DNA of 64,000 nt from positions 11,873 to 75,872 of the IMG/VR virus record IMGVR_UViG_3300016371_000007, one strand, 5' to 3'. The notes below the pieces were generated by a model. That model was given only the letters and a program-made list of their open reading frames with translations. It was not told the DNA's origin and did no database searches. Made by a program: the position numbers and the translations under genes. The DNA comes from a virus. Its lineage: Duplodnaviria; Caudoviricetes. Of the stretch, positions 1 to 9,890 are shown in pieces (the stretch's first letter is position 1; every line of letters begins with the position of its first letter).

Positions 1-1356
1 AATGACAACTATGTGACTGGCACGCCAAGAGCCCCGCTGATGATTGGCACGGCCATGATCTGGAAGGATAATCGGCTTTGGATCGCCGTGGACAATATAG
101 TCTATGCCAGCGACCTGCTTTATGCCGCTTCCTTCCAGGAGAATACCTACCTAGCCGAGCAGACTGGCTTCCGCTTTCCCCGAACTGTCATCAACTTCTG
201 GCCCATGCCGGTCATGGGCCTCATGGTCCTGACTGAGTCCAGCATGCACGCCCTGCAAAGCTATATCCAGGACCGGACTACTTGGCAGCAGCAGACGAGC
301 CCCCCCTTCCAGTCCGATATCAACCTGGAGATCGGGCTGATCGCACCCTGGGGCATCGTCAATCTGCATGGAATGCCTTGGCTCTTAACCGCAAGAGGAA
401 TCATCTCGTTTGACCGGGCAATGACTACCAATCTGACCACGGTCATCCTCACCGCAGACGGCGAGATGATGCGCTCTAAGACCCTGCTGGCACCCAACGT
501 TAGCCGCGCCTGCCTGGGAGTTTGGGAGAACGTTCTCATGTGCGGCATGCCGAATACCTGCACCAAGAACAGGCACACCTGGATCATGGACGCAGGGATC
601 GCGGAAAAATTGAACAACACCCAAGGCATGTGCTGGACCGGCGTCTGGACCGGCACGTTCCCGATCCAATTTGCCAGCCCAATTGTTAACGGGACCCAAT
701 ACAACTATGAGCTTTCTTACTCTGGCGGCTTTCTGGCCGTTAACCAGGGGGATAGCCCCTCGCCCCAGCCTGAGACTAATATGCCGTCCCAGGCGTACAT
801 CCATCTCTGGGAGAATTTCATACCCAACCAGATCGATGCTTGTGAGACCTCCATTAATTGCTCCGTCGAGACCAAGATCTTCACACTGACGACAGACGAC
901 TACTACAGGTTTGTCTTCGCTGAGTTCATGTTAATCAACCTGAAGGGGACGGTGCCGGTACAGGTTTATGTGACTGGGATCGCTGGAAATTATCAGCCCC
1001 TCTTCTCAACCACGCTGCGGGCCGATGTCGGCCCCTGGGGCAACCCTAGCGGCACTTCCCTCCTTTACTATGTGAGCGCTGGACGCACTACCCAGTTCGA
1101 GAACTATCGGCGGCAGGTTAGGCACATGAGGACCCAGGAGTTTATCGTCCACGAAAGTGCGGACGAAGCAGCCTGCCTGGAGATTGGACGGCAGGACGGT
1201 ATTGATAAGGGCTTTCAGCTGATGATTCAATGGCAGGGCCGCTTGGGGCTGCGGGCGCTGAAGTTCTTCTATGATCGGCAATTGCAATCGCCCCAGGGCC
1301 TCTGCCCCGTCGATGAGAGCCAGACCCCACATATCGTTTTGGAGGCCACAGCATGA
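1..1356 (+). CDS. Tail structural protein, 5'-truncated (nozzle/hub-like by position)
   Basis: Frame is open from base 1 (NDNYVTGTPR...). Beta-rich sequence lying directly upstream of the ejection module, the position of P22 gp10/T7 gp12. Function inferred from synteny only. Confidence 0.45.
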   Translation, partial: NDNYVTGTPRAPLMIGTAMIWKDNRLWIAVDNIVYASDLLYAASFQENTYLAEQTGFRFPRTVINFWPMPVMGLMVLTESSMHALQSYIQDRTTWQQQTSPPFQSDINLEIGLIAPWGIVNLHGMPWLLTARGIISFDRAMTTNLTTVILTADGEMMRSKTLLAPNVSRACLGVWENVLMCGMPNTCTKNRHTWIMDAGIAEKLNNTQGMCWTGVWTGTFPIQFASPIVNGTQYNYELSYSGGFLAVNQGDSPSPQPETNMPSQAYIHLWENFIPNQIDACETSINCSVETKIFTLTTDDYYRFVFAEFMLINLKGTVPVQVYVTGIAGNYQPLFSTTLRADVGPWGNPSGTSLLYYVSAGRTTQFENYRRQVRHMRTQEFIVHESADEAACLEIGRQDGIDKGFQLMIQWQGRLGLRALKFFYDRQLQSPQGLCPVDESQTPHIVLEATA

Positions 1357-1562
1357 GACCAAGCCAGCACCAGGGAATCTTTGACCCAACCACTGACACC
1401 CTGACTGTCGTGGGCCTGATCCCGCAGACCGGCATGCCGCCGATCTATTTCAGCCGGAGCCGGGAAGTTCTCTATGATGCGCTCCAGAATGAGAAAACCT
1501 TCATCTTCAATAAATTCGGGCCACAGCGCTTAGATCTCTGCCGCCCTAACATGCACTGGTAA
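1353..1562 (+). CDS. Hypothetical protein (69 aa)
   Basis: ATGA overlap with the upstream gene; fills the gap before the next gene. Confidence 0.55.
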   Translation: MRPSQHQGIFDPTTDTLTVVGLIPQTGMPPIYFSRSREVLYDALQNEKTFIFNKFGPQRLDLCRPNMHW

Positions 1563-1565
1563 TCT

Positions 1566-2855
1566 ATGGCCGCCGCGACTACTCAGCTACCGCTCTCGAT
1601 CTCCATCGCCCCGTTCCCCGAAGGTTTCCATGGGGACATGGACGAAACATTTCAACAAGCGTGTTTGCTGATGGAGGCCTATATCGAGGGCAGCTTCCTC
1701 ACCGGCTTGGTACTGCCTCCGGGATCAACCCTTCCTACCAATGACCAGGGTCCCATAGCTATGGGCGGCGTCTGGTACTTCTGGGATCCCGGCAGCCAGA
1801 GCTACCAGCCCCAGACCGTGCCGGTCAAGATGGCGAAGAACTACGCCAAGAATCCCAGCTATCAGGTTCAGCAAACTATAGGTCCCTTTACCCTGGGTGT
1901 CGGAGTTACCAACACCTTCGACATGACGGTCGCCAGGGCGACCCAGGCAAACCTAGTTCAGGTTAAACCTGTCGCCGGGCCACCCTCTACTCCTGACAAC
2001 GATACCATCTGGCAGGCTGTCCAATCCACGGTGCTGACCGCATACGCGACTTTGGCGGCAGGCGATATCTTTGGGCACGAGCACATATTCGAGGGGATCG
2101 ATATCCTCCCACTGCAAGGCCAGACCTTGAGCTTGGGCCTCTCGGTCTATGCCAGTGCGTCCGGCACTTACTCTGTCTATCTGATTAATAGCGGGGGCGA
2201 TCAATCCTACGTACAAAACTTCACTGTGCCTACGCCGAACGTATGGCAACGGGTAAAGATCCAGGGGATCCCGGCCTTCCCTACCACCGGCACTTGGCAG
2301 TGGGGAGAGGGGCAGACCGGTCTCCGAGTCGGCGTTGCCCTGGCTGTCGGTACCCAGTGGCAGACGACTAAACCCGGCACTTGGCAACCGGCCCAGGCTT
2401 TCGGCACCAGCAGCAATATCAATATGCTGGCAGTCGGCGCTCAGTTCATATCTATCACCGGCATCAAGTTAGAAGTTGGCGCGGCCTGCACTCCCATTAC
2501 GGTCAATTCTTTTGCTGCCGATTACCAGGACTGCATCCGCTACTACTGGTCCGGGTTCGTCTATCAGACCCTGAACTCAGTGGGCGCAGCATTGAACGCC
2601 ACGGCCTACATTGCTAATACCGCACTCTTTGAATTCGCTTTCCCGATTCGCCTGTGCCGGACACCGACCATTACCCCTTACGCTTGGCAAGGATTCACCT
2701 CTGGTCAGATAACCAATATTAGCACCGGCACCAATTACGCCGTCACTGGTTTCGGCGGTTCACAAAAAGGTGTCAACTGTAATCCCACTGGGCTAACTGC
2801 CGCCAAGGGCGATGTCCTCACCTGTATTATCGTTGCCGATGCCCGCCTTAAGTAA
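1566..2855 (+). CDS. Tail-associated protein with carbohydrate-binding-like beta domain
   Basis: NPSYQV...YQDCIRYY motifs match the NPNFEV...CQRY(F/Y) motifs of the fibre domains at 32.2-34.4 kb. Confidence 0.65.
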   Translation: MAAATTQLPLSISIAPFPEGFHGDMDETFQQACLLMEAYIEGSFLTGLVLPPGSTLPTNDQGPIAMGGVWYFWDPGSQSYQPQTVPVKMAKNYAKNPSYQVQQTIGPFTLGVGVTNTFDMTVARATQANLVQVKPVAGPPSTPDNDTIWQAVQSTVLTAYATLAAGDIFGHEHIFEGIDILPLQGQTLSLGLSVYASASGTYSVYLINSGGDQSYVQNFTVPTPNVWQRVKIQGIPAFPTTGTWQWGEGQTGLRVGVALAVGTQWQTTKPGTWQPAQAFGTSSNINMLAVGAQFISITGIKLEVGAACTPITVNSFAADYQDCIRYYWSGFVYQTLNSVGAALNATAYIANTALFEFAFPIRLCRTPTITPYAWQGFTSGQITNISTGTNYAVTGFGGSQKGVNCNPTGLTAAKGDVLTCIIVADARLK

Positions 2856-3249
2856 ACATCCCGATAAGTCTGCCATCTCAGTCATCTGCTGTGAGAGTGA
2901 GAAGGACCTACGTCGCTACCCTATCGATGAGCTGGCCCAGGACATCATTGGCGAGGATGTACCTCGCACCTTCCCGGTGTACCTCTTCTTCTACAACGGC
3001 ACGCTTCGCGGCTGGGCTAATGTGAGGCTCCAGCACATCGTCTATCCCTGTATCCATCCCGATAAGATCCCACCACGGGAGTTCGTGAAGCTGACTAGGT
3101 CATTGGTGACTGAATTCAAACGGCACACCGGAGACCCGATCTTTATGTTGTGCGATTACGCTAGGCGGCTTGGTCCCAAACATATGCGCCGACTCCGGCT
3201 AAAGCCAGCCGAGGAGCAGGCCTATATCTACACCGAGGAGGAAGAATGA
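2839..3249 (+). CDS. Small virion morphogenesis protein, possibly GNAT-like (P22 gp14/T7 gp13 position)
   Basis: Likely start ATG 2839 (track gives 2812, same frame). Size and position immediately before the pilot protein. Fold is inferred. Confidence 0.45.
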   Translation: MPALSKHPDKSAISVICCESEKDLRRYPIDELAQDIIGEDVPRTFPVYLFFYNGTLRGWANVRLQHIVYPCIHPDKIPPREFVKLTRSLVTEFKRHTGDPIFMLCDYARRLGPKHMRRLRLKPAEEQAYIYTEEEE

Positions 3250-4859
3250 GATTTCCCCCCGAAGAGCATGATTGGTTAGATAATAACTTCTTCTTTGGCG
3301 GGGGTGGCGGCGGTGGTTCCACTCAGTTCCACGCCCAGGGTTCACCTCCTAGCTTCCAGTATCTGTCGCCATCAGCACTCAATCAGATGGCCGTAGGCGC
3401 TGATGCACAGAGCTATGCCATGAGCGATCAGGCTTTCGCCAACCAATACCCCGCGCTCCAGCAGGCCTACAACCAGTACCAATCCAACTTGGGCAAGCAG
3501 GTAGGCCTTGTCGGCCAGGGCCAAGCCGGGCAAAGCCAGCTCATGGGTGGCCTCGCCAACACCATCGCTGGGCGCATGCAGACACCCACCACACAGAACA
3601 TCCAGAACATGCAGAATGCCGCCGCTACGATGGGGTCGGCGGTTAATCCGATCTACGGGATGGGTGCGCAACAAGCATCCTATGCCCAGCCCATCACTAA
3701 TCTCGGCATGAGCCAAGCCGGACTCGCTCAGCCATTGGTTGGCATGGGGATGAATGTCGCCGGACAGATGGGCGGGATTGGGAACCAGATCAATCAGCAG
3801 GCCGGAAACCTGTATGGCGCGGCCCAGATCCCCTACCAGCTGGGGCAGCAACTCCTTCAAGAACCCATCGACCCCCAAACCCAACAGCAGATGATGCACG
3901 CGGGCCTGGGCCAAGCTGCCGGGGCATTAGGCGCTGCATCCCTGGGGCAGGGCATGGCGGGCCAGTCCGCTGCCGCGAGACAACTTGGCCTCAATACCCT
4001 CCAATATGGCCAAGCGATGAGAGGCGAGGCCATGGGTGACATCGGCCAGTACTCATCCATGCTGGGTGCAGCGGGCCAGATGCAAGGCTTAGGGGCTGGC
4101 ATCATCGGTCAAGGCGGCCAGATCGGAGGTCAACTGATGGGCCTGGGCGGCCAGCAACTAGCCCAGGGAGCACAGACCATGGGACTTGGCAGCCAGCAGC
4201 TGGGTCAAGCAGCCCAGACTTACGGCCTGGGAGCCAATGTAGCCGGGGCAGCCGGAGGCATGTATGGACAGGCACAGCAAGCCCAGGAAACCTACGGCAT
4301 GGACACGGCCCAGATGGCTTCTATCTACGGCGGCATGCAGAACCAGCAGGCCACCAATCTTTTGGGCAACATCGCCAATGCTGGGCAGATGTTCGCTAAA
4401 AGGCCCTATGGCCTGGGCGGCACCAACATGGCCCAGGTCGATCTCTCGCAAGCCGGTGCCTACAACAGTTTTCAACAAGCCAATTACGCCACGATGAATG
4501 GGATTGCATTTAATCAAGCCCAATTGAATGCACAACAGCAGCAGTTGCAGGCCCAGCAAAACGCTTCCATGACCGGCGCTCTACTCTCTACCGGCACAAC
4601 CGCTGCCACTACCGCCGCCATGGTCTCGGCCATGGCCTGCTGGGTCGCACGCGCTGTCTATGGCACCAGGGATAATCGCTGGAAGACTTTCAGGCATTGG
4701 CTCCTGCACAAGGCACCTAGTTCCGTCCGGTCAGCATACTTGCGTCACGGCCAGTCCGTCGCTTCGATGGTGAGGCGCAGCTCTCTGCTGCGCTTCTGCC
4801 TGCGTCTAGCTATGGACTCAATCATTAAGAGGACTGTCTATGTACAATGCGGAGCGTGA
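3246..4859 (+). CDS. DNA pilot/ejection protein (P22 gp7-like) with C-terminal CWVAR (CFI-box-like) domain
   Basis: Short leader, then FFF and Gly7; Q/G/A/M-rich body; C-terminal ACWVARAVYG...W..FR.WL...AP...Y..HG domain. Confidence 0.7.
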   Translation: MRFPPEEHDWLDNNFFFGGGGGGGSTQFHAQGSPPSFQYLSPSALNQMAVGADAQSYAMSDQAFANQYPALQQAYNQYQSNLGKQVGLVGQGQAGQSQLMGGLANTIAGRMQTPTTQNIQNMQNAAATMGSAVNPIYGMGAQQASYAQPITNLGMSQAGLAQPLVGMGMNVAGQMGGIGNQINQQAGNLYGAAQIPYQLGQQLLQEPIDPQTQQQMMHAGLGQAAGALGAASLGQGMAGQSAAARQLGLNTLQYGQAMRGEAMGDIGQYSSMLGAAGQMQGLGAGIIGQGGQIGGQLMGLGGQQLAQGAQTMGLGSQQLGQAAQTYGLGANVAGAAGGMYGQAQQAQETYGMDTAQMASIYGGMQNQQATNLLGNIANAGQMFAKRPYGLGGTNMAQVDLSQAGAYNSFQQANYATMNGIAFNQAQLNAQQQQLQAQQNASMTGALLSTGTTAATTAAMVSAMACWVARAVYGTRDNRWKTFRHWLLHKAPSSVRSAYLRHGQSVASMVRRSSLLRFCLRLAMDSIIKRTVYVQCGA

Positions 4860-6114
4860 GCTAGTCCGAGCAGCGGCAGCCGAGTCACTAAACAAGCTCA
4901 CCCGAGCCGAGCTATTACGGCACTTCTTAATCTCCCGAGTCGGGGATATCACGGGGATGGACACCATCGGCGTCCCGATCTTTACTGCGATCAGGGCATT
5001 GTCCAAGACCATTGCGATCCACGCCGGGAAAGGCATGAATCCCAGACTGAGCCGAGCGGGAGCGATTGCGGAGGCTATCGAATTCGAGGCCGCTGAACAT
5101 CCACATGGCAAAGCCGTCGTTGCCCAGGCGATCCAGATTCCAGCAGAAGAGCGCCTGGACATCATAGACTGTTTTCCAGCCCGCTCCAGCGTAGTGAGTG
5201 ATTTCACGCCGTTGGCCTGGGAAGAAGCCACCAACATTCAGAATGGCTCAGTCAAGCTCATCCCTTCGGATCTCATCTGGATGGTCAACCGAATCGAGCA
5301 GCAGCCCTTGCTCTACTTGCAGACTGGATCTAATGGCCTAGCCACCGGAGGCACCCTGGAAGACGCTATCCTCTCCGGCCTGTACGAGATTCTGGAACGC
5401 GATGCTTGGACCCTGCACCAGTTCTTGGTCGATAACTATGGCTACATTTCCCAGCGCATCCCGCTGGTATCACTGCCGGAACCAATCGAGGGGCTGGTGC
5501 GCAAGATCGAGGCTACGGGGTCGAGGCTGCATCTATTTGACTGCACCAATGACTACCGAATCCCGGTTATCAACGCGACGATCCTGGATCTGAGCGGCAA
5601 TTGTGCCGGGATGTTTGCTGGTTATGGCTGCCATCTTAATGCCGAAGTCGCCGCTATCCGGGCGATCACCGAGGCAATCCAATCCCGAGCAGGCTATATC
5701 TCCGGGGCTAGGGATGACCTATTCCGGCGGCAGTTCTTGCTTATGAAACGCCTGGATCACGGGAAGCTGGATCAGATGTTCAGTGAGTTACCCGTAGGAG
5801 GGCTGTTATCTGAATACCGGACTGTACGCTTCGATACCATCAAAGCTGAGTTGCGCTATCTCTTACGCCTGATCAAAGCCGCCGGGGTCTCAGAGGTCTA
5901 TGTGAGAGAGATCGGGGCCTACGTGGATAACATCTATGTGGTCCGGGTATTCAGCCCTCAATGCGAGCCGTTCAGGTTCGACTTCTGGCAGCCGAGCTTG
6001 CGCTGCCTCTCCTATGCTAAGCGCAAGATGGCCGAGCTGGCCAAGCAAGGTAAGGAGAAAGTCACTGAGCCGGAGGAAGAAGACGAGGAAGGAGAAGAAT
6101 GGAAAAAGTCTTAG
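4840..6114 (+). CDS. ycaO: YcaO-family ATP-dependent peptide-backbone modifying enzyme (TfuA-associated type)
   Basis: Motifs SRVGDITGMD.IGVP, AGKG, EAIE, SNGLATG, YEILERDA, EAIQSR..ISGARDDL; no C-terminal PxP tail. Confidence 0.93.
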   Translation: MYNAERELVRAAAAESLNKLTRAELLRHFLISRVGDITGMDTIGVPIFTAIRALSKTIAIHAGKGMNPRLSRAGAIAEAIEFEAAEHPHGKAVVAQAIQIPAEERLDIIDCFPARSSVVSDFTPLAWEEATNIQNGSVKLIPSDLIWMVNRIEQQPLLYLQTGSNGLATGGTLEDAILSGLYEILERDAWTLHQFLVDNYGYISQRIPLVSLPEPIEGLVRKIEATGSRLHLFDCTNDYRIPVINATILDLSGNCAGMFAGYGCHLNAEVAAIRAITEAIQSRAGYISGARDDLFRRQFLLMKRLDHGKLDQMFSELPVGGLLSEYRTVRFDTIKAELRYLLRLIKAAGVSEVYVREIGAYVDNIYVVRVFSPQCEPFRFDFWQPSLRCLSYAKRKMAELAKQGKEKVTEPEEEDEEGEEWKKS

Positions 6115-7394
6115 TTTACCTGGGGCCAAGCCTTCCGATTGGGATAGCCAAAGAAATTCTCCCCGATGCGGTTTATCGCCCACCGGCCCGACAGGCTGAC
6201 ATCGTCAGTGATCTGGCCAGGGTCAAGCCCACGCACCTCATCCTGATCGACGGCACCTTCAGGGAGAATCTCTCGGTCTGGCATAAGGAGCTAGTGTATG
6301 CCCTCCAGTTCCCTGGAGTCCAGGCCGTCTACGGGGCTGCCAGCATAGGCGCACTCCGGGCCGCCGAGCTGGATTACCTGGGCATGATCGGCCTGGGTAA
6401 GATCTACGAATGGTACCGGGATGGAGTGACCGAGGACGATGCCGAGGTGGCTGTTAGCTATGCCGAGCACAAAGGCCAGTATCATCTTAACAGTGTGCCG
6501 CTAGCCGATATCCGGGCTGGAGTCGAGGAGCGCGGCGACGATGCCTATTGGTTCCTGGATCGGATGCGTAGCGTGCCATATGCCGAACGCACTCACGATC
6601 TATGCGAGCGAGAATGGCAAGTAGAAGCGCTCCAGCCGAACTATCCTTGTCGGCCCCAGAAACAATTGGACGCCGAGCTGGCTCTCCGGGAGTTCCGGGA
6701 TCATAAGCCGGAGCCGGTCCATAAGCCACAACCCGATGACCTCTCAATGACTTTCGGCGCTCTCTATGAACGGGACCGGCGCATCAATATCAAGGGCGTC
6801 CCTATCCCGCAGCAACACCTGGATGCCTTCGTCCTATTACATAACCCGGAATGGGAAAGGATAACCTGGGATGCTAGCAACCAGGAGCTGGCATTAATGC
6901 TCTGCAATTTATTGCACGTTATGGTCAGCCTGGAAGAGATCGGACGGGAAAGCGCCCGGTTCCAGCAGCGGGCCGGGATCACCACCCAGGAAGAGTTCCA
7001 CAGCTTCCTAGAGAACAACGGCTGGAACACCCACGAGTTCGACCGGCTGATGATCCGCAATGCCAGGATCCGCAAGCTCCAGCATCACCTAACGGTTTCC
7101 AAAGTCTTCAAGCGTAACACCCAGTCGGTCCTGGATTACTTGCGCACCCACCAGGGATTTGATTTCTGGGCCATCCAGGCGGCCCAGCAAGAGGCGCGAC
7201 TGGATAATGATGAATGGCTCTCCATCGACCTGGAGACTCCCGTGCTCCAGCGGCTCAAGGAGCACCTGGAGAAAGAAGGGATGGAATTCAATATGACCCC
7301 TGAAGAGTACCTCCTGGAAACCGGCTTTAGCAATTTGAATGAGCTGTCCGTAGCTCTCCAACGCACGGCAGCTGGAAAGGAACACAATGTCTAG
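6099..7394 (+). CDS. tfuA: TfuA-like protein (long form)
   Basis: Motifs VYLGPSL, YRPPA..D, LIDG.F....VWHKE, GAASIGALRAAEL..GM.G.G.IY.WYR.G..EDD.EVAV, SVPL..IR; overlaps the ycaO stop. Confidence 0.93.
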   Translation: MEKVLVYLGPSLPIGIAKEILPDAVYRPPARQADIVSDLARVKPTHLILIDGTFRENLSVWHKELVYALQFPGVQAVYGAASIGALRAAELDYLGMIGLGKIYEWYRDGVTEDDAEVAVSYAEHKGQYHLNSVPLADIRAGVEERGDDAYWFLDRMRSVPYAERTHDLCEREWQVEALQPNYPCRPQKQLDAELALREFRDHKPEPVHKPQPDDLSMTFGALYERDRRINIKGVPIPQQHLDAFVLLHNPEWERITWDASNQELALMLCNLLHVMVSLEEIGRESARFQQRAGITTQEEFHSFLENNGWNTHEFDRLMIRNARIRKLQHHLTVSKVFKRNTQSVLDYLRTHQGFDFWAIQAAQQEARLDNDEWLSIDLETPVLQRLKEHLEKEGMEFNMTPEEYLLETGFSNLNELSVALQRTAAGKEHNV

Positions 7395-9876
7395 CGGTGT
7401 AGGTGGCAGTCAACTCACTGGGAATTCCGGTCAACTCACTACCATCCCTAACCCTGGCGCTGGCAGTACTATTGGCTCGAACGGCCAAGTTTTCTTGTCT
7501 GATGGGTCGCCTTTTCTCTTTAATGGACAACAAGTATTTGCAGGCGCGAATGGGACATTCACGACGACGGCTCCTAGCAGCACATCCGCTGCGACGACTC
7601 AAAGTCAGGGGATGCAGCCGAACTTCCAGGTAAGTAACGCCTACGTTGGTAATCCACTCTATTCCCCCTCGCAGACTGGTGCCGCGTTAATGGGCCAGCA
7701 GATGATGGTTAATCCCAATCCATCACAGCAACCGATCTCTAGCCAAAGCGGCATCTATTCTGGCCCGCAAACCCCGACGCTCTCGAGCGGGGTCCCGGCT
7801 ATACCACAAGGGCCATGGAGCCATGTGCCCGGACTGATAGGAGGCATGGCTCCCCAAGGCCAAGTAGGTCCTGCCTCGCTTGCCGCCAATCCTCAAAACG
7901 TCTGGAATGTTCCTAAGCCTAGCACCACCACCATCACGCCGACCGCACCTTATGGCGGCGTCTCCAGTGCCACTTCTTCTCCCAGCCCCTTTGCTACTCC
8001 ACCAGCAGCGCCATCCATCAATTACTCGTCCACAGGACTACCGCCGCCAACAGCTCCGACACCAAATATGCAGCCGCAATCACGGGCATTGGGTCTCACG
8101 CCATTGAATGCAGCCAGTAATTATGTCACTAACGCGACCACCCCAGGAACCAGCGCCGGATTCCTTGCCTTAGGAGCGGCGACCAAACACATGGCCGCCG
8201 GTGGCCGGGTGAGACGAGATCAGCAAAACCAACCGCCCCCGCCCATACAGGTTGGACCGCAGCCAGGGCCGATCAATATGCCAGCTGCCGGACCACCGCC
8301 GAATATCCCGGTGGGAACGCCGATTAACCCTGCCGCTTTTGCACCTGGAGGGCAGTACGGAGCACCGCTAGCACCGGGCATGGCCCCTCCCCCTGTCGCA
8401 CCTCCGGTTAATAATCCCAACTTCCAGATGCCGCCTGGGTTCGCGCCAGGACAAAACTTACTGGGAGCGCTTCCTGGAGGTAATGTGCCACCGCCGAACC
8501 CCATGGGACCGGGACCCCAATTCATGGGTCAGCTGCCAGGAGGGATGATAGGACCCCAAGCCACTCCAGGAATCAAGCTGCGGCAATCCGGCGGCCCGAT
8601 CCAGAAGGACGATGACGAGACTTACTTCGGAGGTCAACCCTCGCCAGCAGCTAGCCCAACCCCGACTCCGAAAACTAGCCCAACTCCCAAACCGACTCCG
8701 GTCCCGCCTGCGAAATGGCAAACCACCATCGCGGGCCAGCCGGTAGAAGATCAGCCATACCAGCAGAAGGCAGCCGGTGGCAAGGTTGACACTGACACAG
8801 TGCCTGCCATGCTCACCCCCGGCGAATATGTAATCAATAAAGATGCAGCTGAGAACATCGGTAAAGAGAAGCTGGATGAACTTAACCAGAAAGGTAAGTC
8901 CAAGAAGTTAGGTGATGGGCTGTACCCTCAACACCTACAAGCTGGCGGGGACGTTCAAGATTTAGACAACTTGTCTACCAACTATGCGATGAATCAGTTC
9001 AACGCCGCACAGCAGACCATGCTGCAAGCTATGCTGCGTCAGAACCCGCAAACCCAATACAGCCAAAATGCACCTTCGAGTTCCAGTAATCCGTTATTTC
9101 AGCGGTTCCTTACGCTGAAGCAGCAATTCGTCGCTAATCGTCTAGGCACTCAGTACGGTCCAGGGCAACAAGCGGCAGCTCAGAAAAAAGCTCAATCTTC
9201 TGTCCCTCAGACAATTGGAGCACAGACGACAGCCACCCAGCGTCCATCGACTCCACAGCAAGGGACTCCACAGCAAGGTTTCCCAGGCGTTGGCGGCAAT
9301 ATGTATGGCGGCGGCGGCGGCGGGATGCCGCCCGGAACGCTTCCCGGCCAGGGAACTTACCTGCCAGCGGCCCAGCAAACACCAAACTATCCCGGCAATA
9401 TGACTCAATGGCTGGCCCAGTTTGGCCATACTCCACAGGGACAAACATGGCTGGCCAACAATCAGAATAATCCCGCTGCACAGGCTTATATAAGATCGCT
9501 CTCAAGTGCTACTGGGCCGGGGAGCCCTTTGTACGGGAACCCGCAAGGCATGCAGGTAGGACCAGCTAATCCAGGGATCGCTAGCCCAACTGCAACGGCG
9601 CAGACCGCTGGTGATTATGCGGCAGGAGCTGCGAATCCGGCAAGCGGAACAATGAATTTAGGCCAAGCACCAGCGGCTCCAAACTTTAATGTAGCAGCCA
9701 CCATTGCAGGCGCAGGCCAGAATGTCGCCCAAGCCTGGAGCAATTACGGGAAATCGGTCGGCAGCTGGAATCCGATCCCAGCCGGAAGCTGGGCAAACGC
9801 AATGTATTACGAAAACCCGGAGATAGCTCATTACTATCAGTATATGCAGCCCTTCCAGGAGTATCAGATCGTTTAA
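7387..9876 (+). CDS. Internal virion/ejection protein, Pro/Gly/Gln-rich
   Basis: Low complexity; DTVPAMLTPGEYVINKDAA..IG...L..LN motif typical of phage virion proteins; four xxxGGx(V/I) motifs. Confidence 0.7.
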   Translation: MSSGVGGSQLTGNSGQLTTIPNPGAGSTIGSNGQVFLSDGSPFLFNGQQVFAGANGTFTTTAPSSTSAATTQSQGMQPNFQVSNAYVGNPLYSPSQTGAALMGQQMMVNPNPSQQPISSQSGIYSGPQTPTLSSGVPAIPQGPWSHVPGLIGGMAPQGQVGPASLAANPQNVWNVPKPSTTTITPTAPYGGVSSATSSPSPFATPPAAPSINYSSTGLPPPTAPTPNMQPQSRALGLTPLNAASNYVTNATTPGTSAGFLALGAATKHMAAGGRVRRDQQNQPPPPIQVGPQPGPINMPAAGPPPNIPVGTPINPAAFAPGGQYGAPLAPGMAPPPVAPPVNNPNFQMPPGFAPGQNLLGALPGGNVPPPNPMGPGPQFMGQLPGGMIGPQATPGIKLRQSGGPIQKDDDETYFGGQPSPAASPTPTPKTSPTPKPTPVPPAKWQTTIAGQPVEDQPYQQKAAGGKVDTDTVPAMLTPGEYVINKDAAENIGKEKLDELNQKGKSKKLGDGLYPQHLQAGGDVQDLDNLSTNYAMNQFNAAQQTMLQAMLRQNPQTQYSQNAPSSSSNPLFQRFLTLKQQFVANRLGTQYGPGQQAAAQKKAQSSVPQTIGAQTTATQRPSTPQQGTPQQGFPGVGGNMYGGGGGGMPPGTLPGQGTYLPAAQQTPNYPGNMTQWLAQFGHTPQGQTWLANNQNNPAAQAYIRSLSSATGPGSPLYGNPQGMQVGPANPGIASPTATAQTAGDYAAGAANPASGTMNLGQAPAAPNFNVAATIAGAGQNVAQAWSNYGKSVGSWNPIPAGSWANAMYYENPEIAHYYQYMQPFQEYQIV

Positions 9877-9890
9877 GAGAAAGGTAATTT

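Noticed and set aside
4840-6114. Azoline-forming (TOMM) cyclodehydratase
   Set aside because: No E1-like/ocin-ThiF partner or dehydrogenase, no C-terminal PxP motif, and the adjacent tfuA points to thioamidation.
4840-7394. ycaO-tfuA as a host chromosomal RiPP cluster or chimeric assembly
   Set aside because: Both ends overlap phage structural genes in the same orientation, and no precursor, protease or transporter cluster is present. A read-level check is still advisable.
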